DNA from: Intoshia linei
Lineage: Eukaryota > Animalia > Orthonectida
Assembly (NCBI GenBank): GCA_001642005.1
Contig: LWCA01000044.1
Location: forward strand, 1 to 64,000
Reading direction: 5' to 3'
DNA length: 64,000 nucleotides
A model generated the notes under the pieces. That model saw nothing but the letters and a program-made list of their open reading frames with translations. It ran no database searches and was not told where the DNA came from. Positions within the stretch are counted from its first letter, which is position 1; each line of letters opens with the position of its first letter. Both the position numbers and the translations under genes were made by a program. Positions 40,448 through 54,778 of the stretch are shown piece by piece.

Positions 40448-42419
40448 ATGTATCAAATTTACATATCTTTAACAGTTTTAAATTATATAAATTCTGGTCT
40501 AAATAAAGAGACAATTTTGATTGGATTCTACCGTGAAAATACATTACACATTCTACCCATTCAGTATTCCAATGATCCGTTCTGGAAGAATTTAAATTTA
40601 AAATTTTGTAAAAAATTTAATCAGCACATTAAACTCATCAAAATTAAATTCAAAAATACCAATGAATCGTTTTTGTATGTGAATCATCTAAAATTAAAAA
40701 TTATACTGGAAACCAAATACCCTTTTATCAAAAAAGTACACTATAAAGAAGATAAATTCAACCTCGATTTGTTTTCCGATTACAGCACAAATATTTTTGT
40801 TTATCGTGAAAGTATATTTTTGAATAGATTCAAAATATTCAATTGCCCAAAACACCATTCTGATCAATGTTTAGAAATTTATTTAAAAGAATTTAATTAT
40901 CTTTCATTTTTTCTTTTTAAATATTTTAAAATTAATATAAACAAATTGAATGATTCGAATGGCGAAAAATCAAAGCAAGAACAAACTGCTGCTAAAATGC
41001 AAACACCTTCCAAAAAAGAAAATGTTTTAACAATTTTGAATGGGTATGATATTATGAATTTAAAATTAATAAGTAATAAAATGACTCATTTAGAATTTCA
41101 AAGTTTTTTTATTCCTTTACGCACAATTACAATTTGTATGTTCAATTCAACAAATGTACATGTTTTGTAGAGTAAAAATGTTTGTTTCCTAATAAAAAAA
41201 CTTTTAGACGATTGAACATAATTCTACAAATATCTATTGATATTTTTTTCGGATCATTATTTTATATTTTGCTCAGTTATTCAAATTACGAAAAATACAT
41301 TTTTTCTAATCTTTACACCTCAATGCAGGTACATTTGTGTAGTTTCTTTTTATTTGCATTTTTTTAGATTTTAGAATATTACATTATTAAAGTTGTCGAT
41401 AATATCATCAAATCGGATCAAATTGCTGGCTTGAAATTAAATTCAGAGTTGACTCATTTTTTTGGGATTATCACAAAATATCAAATTGGATTTCAAAATT
41501 GTGTTAACATTTTTTCCTCAATTTCATTTTTGTTTAGATATTTATGTTAATACGCTGTACTATTTTGTCAATTATTTTAAATATCTTTCGCTATCATGTA
41601 ATTATTTTACAAAAAATATACACACATAAAATGTATCATTTTTATGTATATTTAGGCTTTATTGGACTAAGTTTTTATGTTAGTCTTTGGAGGGACGTCA
41701 TATCTTTGGCGTTTTTTTCTATCAACTCTCTTTATTTCATCATGTGCATGTATTTTTTCTTCAATATTGAATTTTAATTTTAATTTTAGGATATATTATT
41801 GTTTTATCAAGACAATGCAACACATGTGTTTATTATTTCTCGGTAAGAAACGTAATCCTTTGAGAAATCGAGTAGATTCTCTAGAAAGTTCGCAGTATAA
41901 ATTATTGATGGGAACTCTAATTTTTACAATTTCATTATTTTTGATTCCAACCATTGTTGTTTTTTATGTACTCGTTATTTTTGTAATTTTTTTTATTTAC
42001 CTTTAATTGTTGATTAATATTTTAGGCAAGATTGTATTTTTTAATAATTGATTCACAGATTTTATTGGCTATAGAAAAACTGCTTAGAAGAATTAAAATT
42101 GGAAATATTGTTCTGTACATTTTTTCGCCCAATTATTTAAATGGTAATTTTTATTTATTTCTAATGTTTTTTAATTTCACTTAATTTTTATTTTTAAGGA
42201 AAATTTGTTCTCAGAAATAAAAGTTTCAGTCAAGATTTACGCATTTACGAAATTATTGTTTTTTATTGTTTATTATTAATATATTTTGTTTAGAATCAAA
42301 AACCATCTTTTCTTAGTATTGTTAGGCATAAAAAGAAAAATATATTGACCAAGTTAGCTAGTTGTATTTTTAGTATGCTTACTGGAAAACCTTTGCATCG
42401 ATTAAATTATTATACTTGA
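40448..42419 (+). CDS. PIGQ: GPI-GlcNAc transferase subunit Q (Gpi1)
   Basis: Gpi1 motifs AGLKLNSEL and LFLGKKRNPLRNRVDS..LLMGTLIFTISLFLIPTIVVFY; several micro-introns; last exon ends at TGA 42417-42419. N-terminal part is divergent. Confidence 0.88.
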
Positions 42420-42769
42420 TTTATATTTATTACGATTAAAGGTCCCGTTGTTATATATGGGTTGTTGAATTGACTATACTTTTTTTATTTCAAAATGAGA
42501 ATAACAAAATTCAAAATGATATATTTTTAATATATTGAAATTTTAAAAGGTTTAAAAAATGGAATGATAAATATCACAATTGTAAAGTAATTCTAAGAAC
42601 TTGTACCATTCGTCTCAAATTTAATTTAATTATTAAAAATTGCAGTTTTCCAACATCTCAATAATCTTGTATACACTTTAAAATCTATCAGACATTAACC
42701 TCAAAATGCATATAATTTCGTAAATAAAGAGAAAAGAAATTTTACTTTAAGGTTACTTGAATTACAATC

Positions 42770-42975
42770 TCAAAATTCAAATATAGTTTTCATGGATGAA
42801 ACTAATTTTAATTTACTTATTTCAAGAAAAGAAGGTATATCGCTACGCGGTGAGCGCACTTCAGTGGACAACAATATGGATAGTATATTATAAATTCCAA
42901 AATTTGCTGAACATACATTTTTAAGGCTTAGACCATACAGCCCTATGCTCGACCCAATTGAGACTGAGGTCAAAT
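42770..42975 (+). pseudogene. Tc1/IS630-like DDE transposase remnant
   Basis: Plus-strand translation gives IVFMDETNFNLLISRKEGISLRGER and, after a deletion, LRLRPYSPMLDPIE. Confidence 0.8.
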
Positions 42976-43101
42976 AAACAGATCAATTGCAGTTCGCCTT
43001 GGTGAGGTATTACATTGACAAGAAAAGTTATCTATGACTTAATCAAAAGTACGTTCTCTATATCAGTTCATGAGAGAATCTATGAATTAAATTAATATAT
43101 C

Positions 43102-43440
43102 TACTACTGTCTTTTCTCGATTATAAGTTTTCTTATATTTCAGAGTAGAAGGGAAAATGCTTATAATCAAAAACAAGCAGACTTTTAAGCAGACCTTGAA
43201 AAATATAAAAAATACACTAAAAGTTTTTTTCTAATTAGTATAAACTTATAAATTAGACATTCTATTGTATGAAGGAAGTTATTTTTTAGAAATAAATTGA
43301 TATGTTGTCTATTTTTTTATTTAAAGTTCTTTCTTTAGAACAAGCAGAAACTGCTTATATTCAAATTTTATTTAGTTAAAAATTTCACTGAAAAATTTGT
43401 ATTTCAAGGGTCTGATTATAATCGAGAAAAGACAGTAGTA
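43102..43440. mobile_element. Tc1/mariner-pogo-type MITE
   Basis: Perfect 25-bp inverted ends TACTACTGTCTTTTCTCGATTATAA / TTATAATCGAGAAAAGACAGTAGTA, including TA. Confidence 0.9.
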
Positions 43441-43860
43441 TCAATTTTATTGCTAGTATGAGCAGATACATATACCATCACTACAATTGGAAGACAACAT
43501 CTTAATTAATAAATATTTATTGTTAAAAAAATTTATCATTTTGAAATTTAATATTATGGTTTTGAAGTTTACTAATCTCAATATGAATTTTGTTATTATC
43601 ATTTTGAAATTAAACAGGTATAATATAATCAATCTTTCTACAAAAAAAGTATTGGTACATTGTGATGTATTACAGCGAAACTTGTTTAAGTACAAGTGAA
43701 AAATTCGTGAAAATTTGCAATTGTAGAGGCAATTTATAGGTGATAGGCTATCACTTATAGCACATGATAAATAACAATAGAAAGGTTGTAAAATTAAATT
43801 TTTTATGATAAATTGTAAAATACAATTTGCAATCTATTTTGTATGTATCAATTATGTCTA

Positions 43861-44227
43861 TGGGCGGATTCAAGGGGGTGCAGAAGGTGCAGTTGCACCC
43901 TACATTTTTAGTTAATGTTTTATAATGTTGATTAATGAATTTACAATACTTCATCCAAGAAGACTGGACCTAATTGATTTAGGATTATTTAATGAACAAA
44001 ATTAATTTTTTTTTTTGTGCTGATCATTTTTTTATTTTTGCGAAAAAATACAAATTTGGAAATAATTGTATAACAACCTTTAAATGAAATTAAAAGAGAC
44101 GCTTTAAAATCAAACTAGACGCCTTGATATTAAAAGAGACGCCCTAAATATTTTTTCGTCTTCGGCGAAGTTAAATATATTGCTCTCTTCGCTCGCACCC
44201 CATTAACTAGCCTCTTGAGTCCGCCCT
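43861..44227. mobile_element. MITE with GC-rich TIRs (superfamily uncertain)
   Basis: GGGCGGATTCAAGGGG / CCTCTTGAGTCCGCCC inverted ends; TSD not clear. Confidence 0.7.
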
Positions 44228-44807
44228 AGATGTTATATCATTTATTGATATGATATCCAAATATATATGGATTTCAAATTAGTCGGTTCAATTGTATAAC
44301 AAAATGTTAAATAATATAACTTTAATTTAAACAATATTACAATTAACCAGTCACTGTATAGATTGTATAAAAATTTTAAGGCGTAATACTTTCGAATTAA
44401 CCAGGATAATTTTTACTTGCACTTCAACGAGTTTCACGTTATTTAATTATTATTTACGATTAAAATTATCTCTATTTAGTCGCGTTTAAAAAAACCAAGA
44501 CATAATATTTTCTATTATTTTTCATATAGTCGTCAATAACCGTGTGAGTTCCACTGGTCGCACTGATTAGAAAATGTACATTTATGTTACTTTTTTTCGT
44601 CATTCGTGTTTGTAATAATTACATATTGAAAATCGCAAATTGTTGCAATTTGAATTACTAAACTTAAATAATACTATTATTCATTGATAAGTTTATTTTA
44701 CATTTATTACAACTCTATTCCATTTTCCGTAATTAAAAGGAGTTTCATTAAACTAAATAAATAATTATTAATTTTATATATTTTAAAATGTCAATTAATA
44801 TTAAACG

Positions 44808-45185
44808 TAGTGGGTCCTAACGGTGCGCCGCAACACTCTAGTATGCCACAAGACAAAATTAGGTGCGTCACGAGATTTTTAACTAATTTCAAAAATTGAA
44901 TAAAATTTACAAAAAAAATAATAAAATAATACCAAATGCAGGATGGTTAATTTAAATTTATACACTTCAACAAATAAATTACTCAACGTTTCATAAAGTC
45001 ATTTTAATAATGTTTAAGCATCTGGGTCTGCATTTTTTATAGGAGAACATTCAAGCAAAATCCATTCAAATTTTTCGGGAAAATCGATTTGATGTGTTAA
45101 GAGTTTTTTTACCATATTGGGTGTCCCGTCAAGTATTTCATTAATTTTGAGTGCGCTTCAACATTAAAAAATTTGGGAACCACTG
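44808..45185. mobile_element. hAT-type MITE
   Basis: TAGTGGGTCCTAA / TTGGGAACCACTG ends; flanks ATTAAACG / ATCTAACG (6/8). Confidence 0.72.
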
Positions 45186-45684
45186 ATCTAACGAAAAAAT
45201 TTAACTTGAGAATTTACATAGTGAACCCAAACCGCCATGCTCGAGATACCCAGAATCAAATATTTTTAAATGTGCTGAATCTAGTAATTGTAATTATAAT
45301 TAATGTATTATTCCTTTAATTATAATTATAAACACCTAATGTATGTAAGCCTAATAAGTGTGATACCGTGAAATTAAAAAATTAAGAGTCGTAGAATTCA
45401 AAAACCATTTCTAATACAGTTGTCTAGAATGATGTTTTGTATCACTTATCATATTTTCAGAAATGGAGTGTTTCATTGTCAAAAAACAATCTACACTTTT
45501 AAAGTAACTATTGGACAAATGGCGTGGAAAGCCATCAGTTAGGCCCGGGATAGATAGAAATTATAGGCACCACATAAAAAATTTAAATTTAAAAAATTAA
45601 AATATAAACCCAAAATTAATATGTAACCTATTAAATTGATAATTTTCCATTGTGAAACTAAATTTATCAAACAAAAGTGGTTTT

Positions 45685-48600
45685 TCATTGATGAGAATTT
45701 GTCGTATAAGGTCTAAATAAGAATAAAGACCATAAAAAAATTAATTTACAGCAACTTGTAATCATTTTGTATTGTTTTTTAGATACACATAATTTTTGTA
45801 AAAATTCTACATATTTATTAAAAATATGAATTAAATCTACTCCTTTAATTTCCATTACAGTTGAATTCAGGATTGTTATTCCCAACTAAAATAATTAAAT
45901 TTAAAATTTGATTAAAAATAACCTTTGAAACTTTTTCATTGTTTTCATTAATTATATTAAATAATAATTCCAGAATAAATCTAATCAATTTTTATTAAAA
46001 TTAATAAATTTTTCAATGTACAGTCAAACCTCTCAATACCGCCATTGCGCCATACATATAGTGGCGGTATTGAGAGGTATGACTGTACGCTGTACAATGT
46101 TGCACAGATCCGAACTCACCGTACCGAAATCAATTTTCGGGTCTTTTAGTCTTTTACAAAATTTTAGTTAAATGAGGACGTTTATAAATATTAAAAAAAA
46201 TATTTTTGAATATTATAACTATTTTGCGTTTTAAATTTAACTAAACGTCCAGAGTCGTGGAGCGATGATTAGGGTTATATTATGAATCATTGTTTGCTAA
46301 ATAATTTTTACGTTTCTACATGTGATTTTCGAGGTGCTCGATCACGGTAGGTTCGGTTCTGATATGAATTGACTAACAATAATGAATATACCTTTTATCA
46401 AATTGAACATAAGTGTTAATGAGATTCTTAATAAAAATTAGAATTTGAATCAGATTTTCTTGGTCCACCTTGTCAAGAATGTACAATAGTTCTAAAATAT
46501 AATGATAAATATTCATTGATTTGAATTATATTAATAATGTACATATATACTGTAATTGACGTAATAATTGTTATATATTAATAATTGATATAATAATGTA
46601 GTTGAAGCTATGTATGTTATATACCAGGCATTATCAATCCTTTCTTACTGTCTACCCTATGATGATATTGAAAAAAACCTGTGGACCAAAAAAAATTATA
46701 TACATTACATCCTTTACTTATATAAAATTTTATGTGTTTGTGTTACCATTTATTTAAAAAAATTACAATTGGCAATAATGTTTTTCAAGAGTGATACATC
46801 GAAAATGTCATTTACCGAAATTGAGTTCAATTCAGTGTAAAAAACCTAATTTCAACTTATGTTACGAATAAAATTTACTTTTTAACTATTTTTAAAAAAG
46901 GGGTAATTTGTGTTTTTGATCATGTAAATGTACGTTTCTGAGACTGACATTTACAACAATGTGAATGATTTTAAAACGCGTCCCAGAATTTATGTTTTTA
47001 AGATTCTAGGCTGATATTGTTTTTAAAAAAAAAAGAAATTTGGTTTTTGCCCTGGAGGCCTAAATTTCGGAAAATGAAACTTGCCTTAAAACATCACTCT
47101 CATCAAAAACTGTATTAAAAAGTGGCTTTTTTAATTCTAGGACTGTTCATTTATTTAAATAAACGTAAAACACAGACACATACCCACCAACACAGACATC
47201 CAATTTTATATAAGTAAAGAATTATACAAAAAGTTGTTACAACGTTTTCGCCGTGGACTCCATGAACCCTAAAAAATAGTAAAATATGAATCCATTGAGT
47301 AATCACATGACAAAAGAACAAATATTTATGGTCTCTAATGATATCAATAATCTAAAATGTTTTTATTGATCCAGAACGCTACGTGGTCCATATGGACAGT
47401 ATGGGTAACGATCTCTGAATTAGTCTATTAATAATAATACCAGTATAATGCTGAAAGATTTCACGTATCAATTGATCAGTTTCAGGGTTTGATTCAAAGC
47501 ATAAATGAATACAATATAATTTATTAAATGTAGTCAATAATTGCAAATAAATGCTTTTAGCTAAAACACATTCAACCTGAAATAAACGGGTAATTGTATT
47601 ATAAATTTCTTTGCTTTTTTCAGATAAACATTTTATCACACAATGTAAATATTCTGGATAGTTTTTCCATTTTTCATTTTTTGATTGGATATGAATAGAG
47701 TACTGAAGATGAACAAAATAATTTACACAATTGGGAATAGATTTTAACAAAATTAAAATATTGTCAATTTTTTTATTTTCCTTTTTATTTAGCTGTTTGA
47801 TGAGACATAGAGATAAATCAATCATGTTAAATAATTGACAAAATATTCTAAATAAGTTTTAGTTTAATATATTAGTTTTATAACTTTGAATTTATTTCCA
47901 GTTTTTTTTCAAATTTGTTAAACATGACAAATGGAACCAAAATAAATCCATCAAATAAATCGGTTATATGTTGTCTAAATAGTTTTATCAATAGAGTTTT
48001 AAAAAGAAAGTTTAAACTTTAAATTGATCTAGTATAGATAGTATATAACATGGCGTATAATTAAAATGGCAAAATATAACAAAATGCATCAGTATTTTTA
48101 TGTTGAGTTAAACGTACGTTTTAAAAAATTAATAGACCAGATAAAATTCAATATCGGTAATAGTTTGGTAGTCAATAATTTATATGTAGAGTATTTTAGC
48201 TTTGTTTAGAAAATAAATTATTTACGCTAATAAAAATCACATTTTTGTTTTTGCCCATGAAACTCTGTTTATAAATTTTAATTTGCTCGTGTATTGTATC
48301 GGTTAACATAAATAAATGGAAAATACCCATTAGAATTATTTCCAATGTCCAATACTTTGACAATTATAGTAAAAAATAGCTTTGTCTCGTTGATGTAGCA
48401 ATGTTTGCATAATTTAATGGACTAATTTAATAATGTATTATTGAAAACATAGAATTACACTGTATAAATGATATAAACAAATTTCCACAAATCCAATTTC
48501 GCTATCAATATATTCTGTTTCTTTTTTTGAATCTATAAAATTAATAAAATGTAGAAATAAATCAACATTTTTATTAAATTTATCAACAAATTTATTGGAG

Positions 48601-51600
48601 TTTTCCTAAATTATATAATTACAAAAAACAATTTTTTTGGACAAAACTTTTATATTTAAAAAAAAAGTAATTCATGATTTTAATCATGAAGATATAAGTT
48701 TCAAAGATTGAGATTTACGGTAATGAAACATTACTAATGTTAATGATTTAAAAAACTTTTTGGAATTTATGTTTTTTTTAAATTGTAGGACTTTATTTTA
48801 ATTATAAAAAGGGTAATTTTGGTTTTTAACCCTGAAGGACTCAATTGCTGAAATTTTAATTTGCGATAAAACATCACACTGAAAAGACTGTATTAGAAAA
48901 TGAGTTTTATTTAATTCTAGGAATCTTAATTTTTAATTAAACTCTAACACAGATTTTCATTTTTGGATAAGTAAAGAATTGTGACAATTAGGGCAAGTCA
49001 AATGATTGAAATTCTAATTTTGATATGTTAATAATAATCAACATAACATTACAATCGTTATAATACCAATATTATGCATATTAATTGGCCAATTAAAATA
49101 ATTATTTATTTATTTTTTTTTAATTAAATTATAATTTAAAAAATTTTAATATAACGTAACACGTGAAAATGAAATGATAAAAATTTATATTTAGAATTCA
49201 ATGTATAATGTACCTCATCAAATATATTTTGAATATAAAGTTTAAATTTTGATATAATTTTGTTTGAATCTTTTAGTGGTTGAACTTGTTTAAGTTCATA
49301 TATCATTTTGAAAATGTCAACTTCATCATAAAGACTTGAATTATTAATCATGTATTTTGACAACAAAACATCAATTAAATAATACTAAACATTTCAACAA
49401 ATTAAATATGTTATTAATTATCAATTATTATTATCATATTTTAATAAATATTATACCGAATTATTATCCAATGTTAGATTATTGTATATTTTTATTAATT
49501 TATTAATGTTTTTTGGAAATTTTAAACTAAATTAAGTTATTTTTCATAAGCAATGACTATAAAATGTGTATATTATACATATATCAGGACTGTGGATATC
49601 CAGCAGTAGCTCCGGTTAACCCAGTGATTCCCCTCCTGTGGGTATTTACCCACTAGTGGGTAATCGTGAAATTTGTTCCAACAAATATGCATTTTTTTGA
49701 TTTTTTTGTATCGCATGCACACTGTGCATTATTAAATGCATTGCACAGTAACGTATAAAATATAATTTTTCCCATTAAGTCCTTCAGGGTCAAAAACACC
49801 ATTTCCCCTTTATTTTACTATTTTGTAAAGTTAGTCTTTTAAAAAATTTTAATTAAAGTTTACTACAGTGGTCGCTCCCTAAATTAAACAGTATCTAAAT
49901 ACACTCAGCGATTACTGTACATGGTAAGAATATACATTCCCGCTCTTGAACATAAACACAATTTATTGTTATTTTTCTCATAAATTTGTTGTAATTTAAT
50001 TAATTTTATATATATATGTAATTTAAGAAATTTATAAGAAAATGCGAGTTCTTCAATTTGAACAATTCCTTTATTTTAAAATTTTGATTTTTCTCATAAA
50101 TTTCACAATAAATATAGTATGAAATAATTAACTACAGTGTTCAATCTCTAAAACTTGAACACCATCCATTTTTTTGCAGTTAGTGTTCAATTTAGAGAGC
50201 GATCACTGTATTAAAAAATTTATATGGCTTATTCTAAAAACCTGACCATCCAAAATGCATTTAAACAACATAGTGGGTAATATCAAATAAAGTACTATAA
50301 TATGGGTAATGTAATAAAAAAGGTTGGGAAATACTGGGTTAATCAGTCCACTCATGTTAATAAACCGGCACATTTCGGATTTTGATATATCCATGGTCCT
50401 TTATTTTAAAATACAAATTTATATATCCTTATTACTCTTCAGTTAAGTTTGCATCAAAATTTTCAAAATTAAAAATGTAATTAATCCATTTTAAAATGGT
50501 GAAATCTGGATTTAATTCATAATTTTCACTTTTTATCTAAATTTATTAGTTGTTTTTGAAATTTTTGAAATAATGATGAAAATTACCAAATGTGTACATA
50601 TTGTATTGATAGATTTGATTACTTTAATGTTTTCATATATAAATTGAATATTATCCAAAATGTCCCCGTTTACAATATCAAATAGAATTAAGAAAAACTA
50701 AATTACATTATTTAAAATTAAACATTTTGTTTTCTGTTATGGATAAATACAGACAAAGTACAATAGACTTTATTATGGTGTCACATTTTTTGATAAATTA
50801 TAGAATCTAATGTATGTTTAGTCTAAAGTATTTAGATTCTAAACTTTAGAGTATAGTGTTTTCATTTATAAAATATTAATATTAGTTCAAAATAAAAATA
50901 TCTATATATACTTTTTCGAGTTGCGCACACCCAATGCCGAGCCTACTATACCCAGACTCCGCTTTTAGCGAGGTACTAGACGATATTTATGTGGTATACT
51001 CTTTATTATCTTTATATTATAATTATATAATTATCATTTTTTTTATACCTTGATCCCCAGTAAATAAAATAATTTTATAAAAAATATATGAATATGTAGA
51101 AGGCTGGTCAACTATAGAAATGTCGAATCGTATATTATTTACTATATATTATATACTATTATTTTTAATTCAATAACCTTATACATATTCTGTCCATTAT
51201 AAGATATTAAAATTTTATTAAATTGACTTTCTAAATCATTTTCTTGATATTTATTAGTTAAATTATTCATCACGTCAATTCCAATCTAAATGTACATTAC
51301 AATATATATAAGATGCACGTGATTGATATGTAGAGTCTATATCAGTGCTTTTTAACCTTTTTACTTCAAGGCACACAGGTGAAACACATAAAAATTTCTG
51401 ATATATCTTAAATTTTGATAAAAAAAGCACATCGATATTCGAAAATGTGCAAAGATTAAAAGAATAAAAATGTAAAATCGTATAATGTATTGTAATTGTA
51501 ATTAATGAATAAAATCAAAGAATTATCAATGTAAAAGTTTGAAACTAATTTTAAAATTCGATTACTTTATTATATTATTATTCAACTTATATTGTAATAA

Positions 51601-54600
51601 TAACTAATAATTATGAGTCATTAATAGTTTATTACTTTTTAAAAAAACTTTTTTATAAAATAAATTCAAATATCTTCGCGGTATACCTCAATACTACTCA
51701 CGGCGCACCATTGCACCGCGGTGCATGGGTTAAGAATCACTGGTCTACACTAAAATGTAACATTAAATTACATCAGGTTGACTAGACTTTTGCAAAAAGT
51801 TCAATTTTTCCCAAACCGATTCAAAAAAATGACTATATTCTAAACATGTTACATTATAAAATAAAATGTTAATTTATAAAACAATTACCATTAGATTTAA
51901 TAAAGTATTTTGATATTAATCCTATAAACAAATGAATTTGACTTTGCATTATATCGGATATCATGGTATGCAAATCTTTATAACTCGATTTGTTAATTAA
52001 ATTATAAATATCCATAATATTTTCTTCAATGTTATCAATAGAAATATTTGACATGTGTTCATTTTTCAGAGAGTATATTAAACAATGAATAAATTTTTCA
52101 ATGTATTTTACACATTCCAAACTAATTTTAAAATTATAGATATTAATTAATGGTTCATTCAACTTTCAAAAAATATTTAATTAAAGATTTGGTTTGCAAT
52201 AGAATTTTTTTAAATTAAAAATTTTTAAAATTTGAATTTTAAAATGGGTTTTTAGGATTTTTTTTTGAACCAAACTTGCCAGAGGGGTTTCTTAGAAATT
52301 TTTTTAAACCAAACTTTCAAGGGGGGTTTTAAGATTTTTTTTTGACCTATACTTTAAGGTTGGTTCAAAAATAATTCATAAAAACTCCCCTTAAAATTTA
52401 TTATTCAAATACAAAATTATATATTAAATATACTAGTATCATATAAATATAAATTAACCTAGCGAATAACGAAGGTTTTAATGTACATATACATTATGTA
52501 ATACATATTATGTATATTTAATATAATGCAACGTGTATTATTAAACCCTATGAAAATATAATTTTAAATTACTCAACGTGCTGATTCGAATTCAGATGAA
52601 CATTTAATGAGATGGAAAAAATTTTAGTGATTCCATTAATAAAAATATTTATATCATTTATATTAATTTTAATTTCTGTATCCGTATTTTCAACATCAAT
52701 ATAAGCCACATTTATGAGATTATAATATAAAACGGTCATAATTTTGATGGGTGAAAATAAAATGACTAATTCTTCCAATAAACTGGAATGTGTGCTTCTA
52801 AATTTTTGATTTAAATATTAATAAAGTTATTATTAGTAGTTATTCAACAATGCGAATTTTTCGCAGGGTTGTGGAGAGCCAAGAGTGAACCGGCCAATGA
52901 AAATAGTAAGACCATACACCGACATTGTTCTAGATTTCTAGGATTAATATTTAAGGCAGAGTTAATAATTTTAAAAAGTGTTCTACTATTTATTTATTAT
53001 ACACTTATTCTCTCCAAATAAATTAAAAAAATAGGATCACAAAATGTATTTAAAATTTTTTACATAAATATTACCAAAATAAAATTAAATAGAAATAATT
53101 CATTTTAAATTAAAATATAATGTGAAATGACTAGTTCATGATGAAACAAGTTTGAGAACCACTCCTTTAAAGGATTTATAATAATGAATATTAGAATTTA
53201 TTATTTGATTTATTTTTTTGTAGAATTAAAAAATTCCACCCTCGGCATAGCTAGGTTCTGTTTATACCAAGTATATAACAGTCAATCTAGTCTACAATAT
53301 AGTAAATCATACGCTAATTGAGAAAAAAAATTGGCCAACATTTCTAAAAATTTTTCAAGGCGTTCATTAACACAATTATTTTTAGTGTTTTGAATGAGAA
53401 CTGACGTTGTGGTAATGATGAAGTTGAAAATGTTTTCCTTATTAGCTTCATCTCCAACATATATAGATTCAATTAAATTATTAAAAATTTCAATAATCTA
53501 AAATGAAAATTATGATTCCCATGTTTTAAAAATATTTATTCTTTTACAATAAAATATTATAGTATATAATATATTAAACTAGATCCCAATAAATATACCA
53601 ATGTTTATTATAATTATAATATTTATTATTATATATAAAATGGTTGGGAACAGCAAATAAAAATCAATCAAATTAAAAAATTACGTTATTTGGTTCTTTT
53701 TCTACTTTCTATAATTAAATATAAAAAATGCAACGAAATCGTTACGTTATTTTCATTGAACATGTCAGTATAAACTTTACCGGCTCTCGCAAAAAGGTGA
53801 GTACCAGGTAAAGTATTTGGATCACATTTAGACTCGAATTGAGCATTTCTTTTTCTAGTTTGAGATTGAGTCAAAGTCTGAGTAAAAGGGCTCTTTTTCT
53901 CCAAATCATCAGGATTTACTAACAATAATATAAACATAGATAATAAAAATGATACCATAAACACAATCCGCGATAAAAGGGTGATAAAGTAAATCTGGCC
54001 ACGATAATCGTTCATTAGGATTTTTATTTAAAATATTTTGTAAAAAATCTTTAAAAATTGGATTGATTTCCATGGACCAATCAATCGAACACTTTCTAAT
54101 TATATGAACTAATCGAAATATGCTATTAGTATAAAATGGAGTTTTTCCCACATATAATTCATAGATTATGCATCCCAGTGCCCAAATGTCCTAAATTGAG
54201 TTAAACACGTTAAATTTTACATTTACCGCTTTATGGTCATATGGTTTTTCTTCAATTAATTCAGGTGACATGTATAATGGAGTTCCTTTGATAGAAGTTA
54301 ATACTAATGTATCCATACTCATACTTCTCGCAAACCCAAAATCACAAAGTTTGACTACAGATTTACCACACAATAAAATATTTTGCGGTTTTAAATCACG
54401 ATGAAGTATTCTGTTTGCATGCAAGTAGTATAAAGCTGACACTAATTGACATGCTATGTTTTTTACTTCAGATTCACACAATTTTTTGTCATCTTCCAAA
54501 ATTTGAAATAACTCACCTTCTGCATAATCTGTTACTACAATAATGTCCGTTGCAGTTTCAAAAGAATCCAACATTCTAATTATGTTTGGATGGTTCAAAG

Positions 54601-54778
54601 TACACACAATTTCAATTTCACGTCTTAAATTTGTTAATTCATCTAGACGTCTTCCTATTTTTGGAATAAATTTTAGAGCTACAATTTGAGCCGTGTATAG
54701 CTTTCGTCCTTTGTATACCTTACCGAACGAACCCTCTCCAATTAAATTTAATATTTGATAGTTCCGTACTTTTTTCAT
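45685..54778 (-). CDS. STK36: Serine/threonine kinase 36 (fused) with a divergent multi-exon C-terminal region
   Basis: [80 protein letters not shown]. Further minus-strand open exons with splice sites near 53497-53313, 52797-52571, 52162-51889, 47847-47384 and 45885-45685. The 3' end is tentative. Confidence 0.85.
46021..46085. mobile_element. 65-bp minimal Tc1/mariner-type MITE
   Basis: 24-bp TIRs CAGTCA(A/T)ACCTCTCAATACCGCCA with 1 mismatch, 17-bp spacer, TA TSD. Confidence 0.88.
46710..47220. repeat. Two opposed copies of a dispersed (Helitron-like) repeat
   Basis: Begins TCCTTTACTTATATAAAATT and ends AATTTTATATAAGTAAAGA; core GGTTTTTG.CCCTGAAGGACTCAATT..TTGCGATAAAACATCA is shared with ~20030, 25375, 33210 and 48820 and, reversed, ~13960, 27045, 49775 and 55700. 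Confidence 0.65.
51343..51742. mobile_element. hAT (Charlie-like) MITE in an STK36 intron
   Basis: TIRs CAGTGCTTTTTAACC / GGTTAAGAATCACTG; TSD GTCTATAT / GTCTACAC. Confidence 0.8.

Noticed and set aside
41168-41170. Apparent in-frame stops in PIGQ, STK36 and CDK5 ORFs suggesting recoding or an alternative genetic code
   Set aside because: The stops I traced fall inside micro-introns; the standard code translates those spliced exons cleanly.
42770-42973. Minus-strand 67-aa ORF as a possible STK36 exon
   Set aside because: The opposite strand encodes clear Tc1/IS630 transposase motifs; the ORF is its shadow.
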